Source: Methylococcales bacterium
GTDB lineage: Bacteria; Pseudomonadota; Gammaproteobacteria; Methylococcales; Methylomonadaceae
DNA length: 64,000 nt
Direction: 5' to 3'
NCBI GenBank assembly: GCA_026399095.1
Contig: JAPLRP010000059.1
Coordinates: 10,486-74,485, forward strand
Made by a program: the position numbers and the translations under genes. Each line of letters starts with the position of its first letter. Position 1 is the stretch's first letter. This document shows positions 62,140-64,000 of this stretch, piece after piece. The notes below the pieces were generated by a model. The model saw only the letters and a list, made by a program, of their open reading frames with translations. It did not search any database and had not been told where the DNA came from.

Positions 62140-63984
62140 ATGCAAAAAATTATTGCCAGCTCCTTATTGCTTGTGGGTTTTAATCCGCAGTCACAAGCTC
62201 AACTTAATCCTAATGATAATTCGTTAGAATTACCTAATATGGTTGTTACAGCAACTCGAACAGAAACTGCCAAGAATCAGTTGGCAACGGCTACTACTGT
62301 TTATACCCGAAAAGATATAGAACGCTTACAAGTTCAAACTTTGCCTGATTTATTAAAAGGCACTAGTGGAATTGATATTACGCAAAGTGGCGGTTACGGT
62401 AAAACGACTAGTTTATTTATGCGAGGCACCAACTCTGATAATGTCTTGGTCTTAGTTGATGGTATCAAAATTGGCTCTACTTCGTTGGGAACTTCACCAT
62501 TTGAGTTTATCCCGATGGATTCTGTGGAGCGTGTAGAAATTATTAAAGGCCCACAATCAAGTCTTTATGGTTCGGAGGCAATGGGGGGAGTTATTCAAAT
62601 TTTTACCCGTAAAGGCACTGAAACCGAGAAGCCAAGTATTACTCTGGATACCGGTGGTGGATCTTATAGCACCTATAAGGCCGCTGGCACAGTCAGTGGA
62701 AAATGGAAAAATAATTGGTATACATTAGGATCTTCGGGATTTGGTTCTCATGGCTATAATAATCAACAGCCAACTTTTGGTCTTTACGGGGTTAATCAGC
62801 CTGATAATGATGGCTACAATAACGCAGCAGTCAACGCAAGAGTGGGCCATCATTTTGAGAATAATGGTGAGGTAGAAGCTTTTTTCTTAAGAACACAAGG
62901 TACAACTCACTATGATGGAAACTATCAGAATAAAACTAATTTTATAGAGCAGGTCGTTGGTACGTCAGCAAGTATGGATGTTGTTAAAGACTGGCGCTCA
63001 ACGCTGCGTTTTGGTCAAAGTCAGGATGATAATGATCAATTTGCTCCCGGTGGTGCTTTTTCGAGTCAGTTTAACAGCACTCGTTGGAATGCCACTTGGC
63101 TTAATCAATTTACCTTATCAGACAATCATCAAGTAACTGCAGGTTTTGATTATCGTATGGATGAGATTAATAGTTCAGAAAGTTATAACAAAAATTCTCG
63201 TTATGATACGGGGGCTTTTACTGAGTTACATAGTCGCTTGTGGGAAGACCATTTTGTTAACGCTTCTGTTCGTTATGATAATAATCAACAATTTGGTGAT
63301 TATGTAACGGGTAATGTAGGCTGGAAATATAACTGGAATTATGGGATAAGCTTGTTGGCAAGCTTTGGTAATGCGTTTAAAGCACCTTCGCTTAATGATC
63401 TTTATTATCCGAATTATGGCAATTCTAGCCTTAAGCCAGAAGAATCAACGTCTTATGAAACAGGGATTACTGGTAATCATAATTGGGGGCAGTGGGAAAT
63501 TCGTGCATACCATACCAACATTGATAATTTAATTACACCTACAATGGATCCGGTGACTTATAATTTTAGTGCCGAAAATATCGGTAAGGCACAAATTGAA
63601 GGATTGGAGTCAGAAATAGGTACCCAATTATTGGGCTGGAATGGCAAGCTAACCATGAACCTTTTAAATCCTGTTAATGTTGAAACTAATGGCAGACTTC
63701 CCCGCCGGGCTAAAGAAATGTTGGCATTTGATTTGTCCAGAAGCATCGGCGCATTTGAATTAGGTGCCAACGTGCTGGCACAAAGTGATCGTTTTGATAA
63801 CACACAAAATACTATTAAAGTTGCTGGATATACAACCCTTGACTTAAGATCAGCTTATCATTTGAATAATAACTGGATGTTGAGCGCCAAGTTAAACAAC
63901 CTTCTGGATAAAAATTATCAAACAGTTGATACTTACAATATGCCTGGAAGAAACTTTTTTCTTTCAATCCATTATAATAACTAA
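62140..63984 (+). CDS. btuB: TonB-dependent vitamin B12 receptor
   Basis: Signal peptide, TonB box (MVVTATR), plug motifs (IEIIKGPQSSLYGSEAMGGVI), barrel ending ...FFLSIHYNN, and a B12 riboswitch in the leader. ATG at 62140 follows GAGGA. Confidence 0.9.
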   Translation: MQKIIASSLLLVGFNPQSQAQLNPNDNSLELPNMVVTATRTETAKNQLATATTVYTRKDIERLQVQTLPDLLKGTSGIDITQSGGYGKTTSLFMRGTNSDNVLVLVDGIKIGSTSLGTSPFEFIPMDSVERVEIIKGPQSSLYGSEAMGGVIQIFTRKGTETEKPSITLDTGGGSYSTYKAAGTVSGKWKNNWYTLGSSGFGSHGYNNQQPTFGLYGVNQPDNDGYNNAAVNARVGHHFENNGEVEAFFLRTQGTTHYDGNYQNKTNFIEQVVGTSASMDVVKDWRSTLRFGQSQDDNDQFAPGGAFSSQFNSTRWNATWLNQFTLSDNHQVTAGFDYRMDEINSSESYNKNSRYDTGAFTELHSRLWEDHFVNASVRYDNNQQFGDYVTGNVGWKYNWNYGISLLASFGNAFKAPSLNDLYYPNYGNSSLKPEESTSYETGITGNHNWGQWEIRAYHTNIDNLITPTMDPVTYNFSAENIGKAQIEGLESEIGTQLLGWNGKLTMNLLNPVNVETNGRLPRRAKEMLAFDLSRSIGAFELGANVLAQSDRFDNTQNTIKVAGYTTLDLRSAYHLNNNWMLSAKLNNLLDKNYQTVDTYNMPGRNFFLSIHYNN

Positions 63985-64000
63985 ATAATGCGCCATTGAC

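Noticed and set aside
1-64000. Prophage, integrative island or known defence system (RM, CBASS, retron, TA and similar)
   Set aside because: No integrase, reverse transcriptase, nuclease/helicase defence pair, phage structural gene, tRNA attachment site or toxin-antitoxin-like pair was recognisable. I also saw no tRNA or rRNA genes.

Overview
This is a chromosomal segment from an AT-rich gammaproteobacterium. The gene order is typical of the group: ffs-dnaX-ybaB-recR, rpoZ-spoT, and lpxC next to a DUF721 gene. A folP-adjacent set of tetrahydromethanopterin/methanofuran cofactor genes suggests a methylotroph or methanotroph; that is inference only, since no database search was possible. Most of the window is housekeeping: cysG, glnS, ispG, glgP, trmL, pgk, zapE, acnB, pcm, rimK and mutM. 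Five regions stand out. (1) Positions 1-13060 hold a tightly coupled 13-gene aryl-polyene/flexirubin-type lipid-pigment operon. It encodes a KS-like protein, an acyltransferase, two ACPs, an adenylase-hotdog fusion, GT2, an LpxL-like acyltransferase, an MIO ammonia-lyase, a thioesterase, a LolA-like protein, an MMPL exporter and a NodB deacetylase. A divergent flavin-halogenase-like gene sits upstream, and no elongation KS/KR/DH genes are visible. (2) Positions 17531-21362 hold a GGDEF protein whose receiver lacks the phospho-acceptor Asp. It lies divergent from three stand-alone type IV pilin paralogs, which are followed by five tandem 42-bp repeats each carrying a 15-bp palindrome. (3) Three non-coding elements are absent from the ORF track: SRP RNA (4.5S), a cobalamin riboswitch upstream of btuB, and a Zur-like box upstream of a TonB-dependent receptor. 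(4) A roughly 1.5-kb AT-rich gap lacks any long ORF and contains an IS630-like transposase fragment. (5) A small heat-shock locus has one intact hsp20 and one decaying copy. I saw no CRISPR array, prophage, integrase or recognisable defence system. All product calls come from motifs read in the supplied translations, not from searches.
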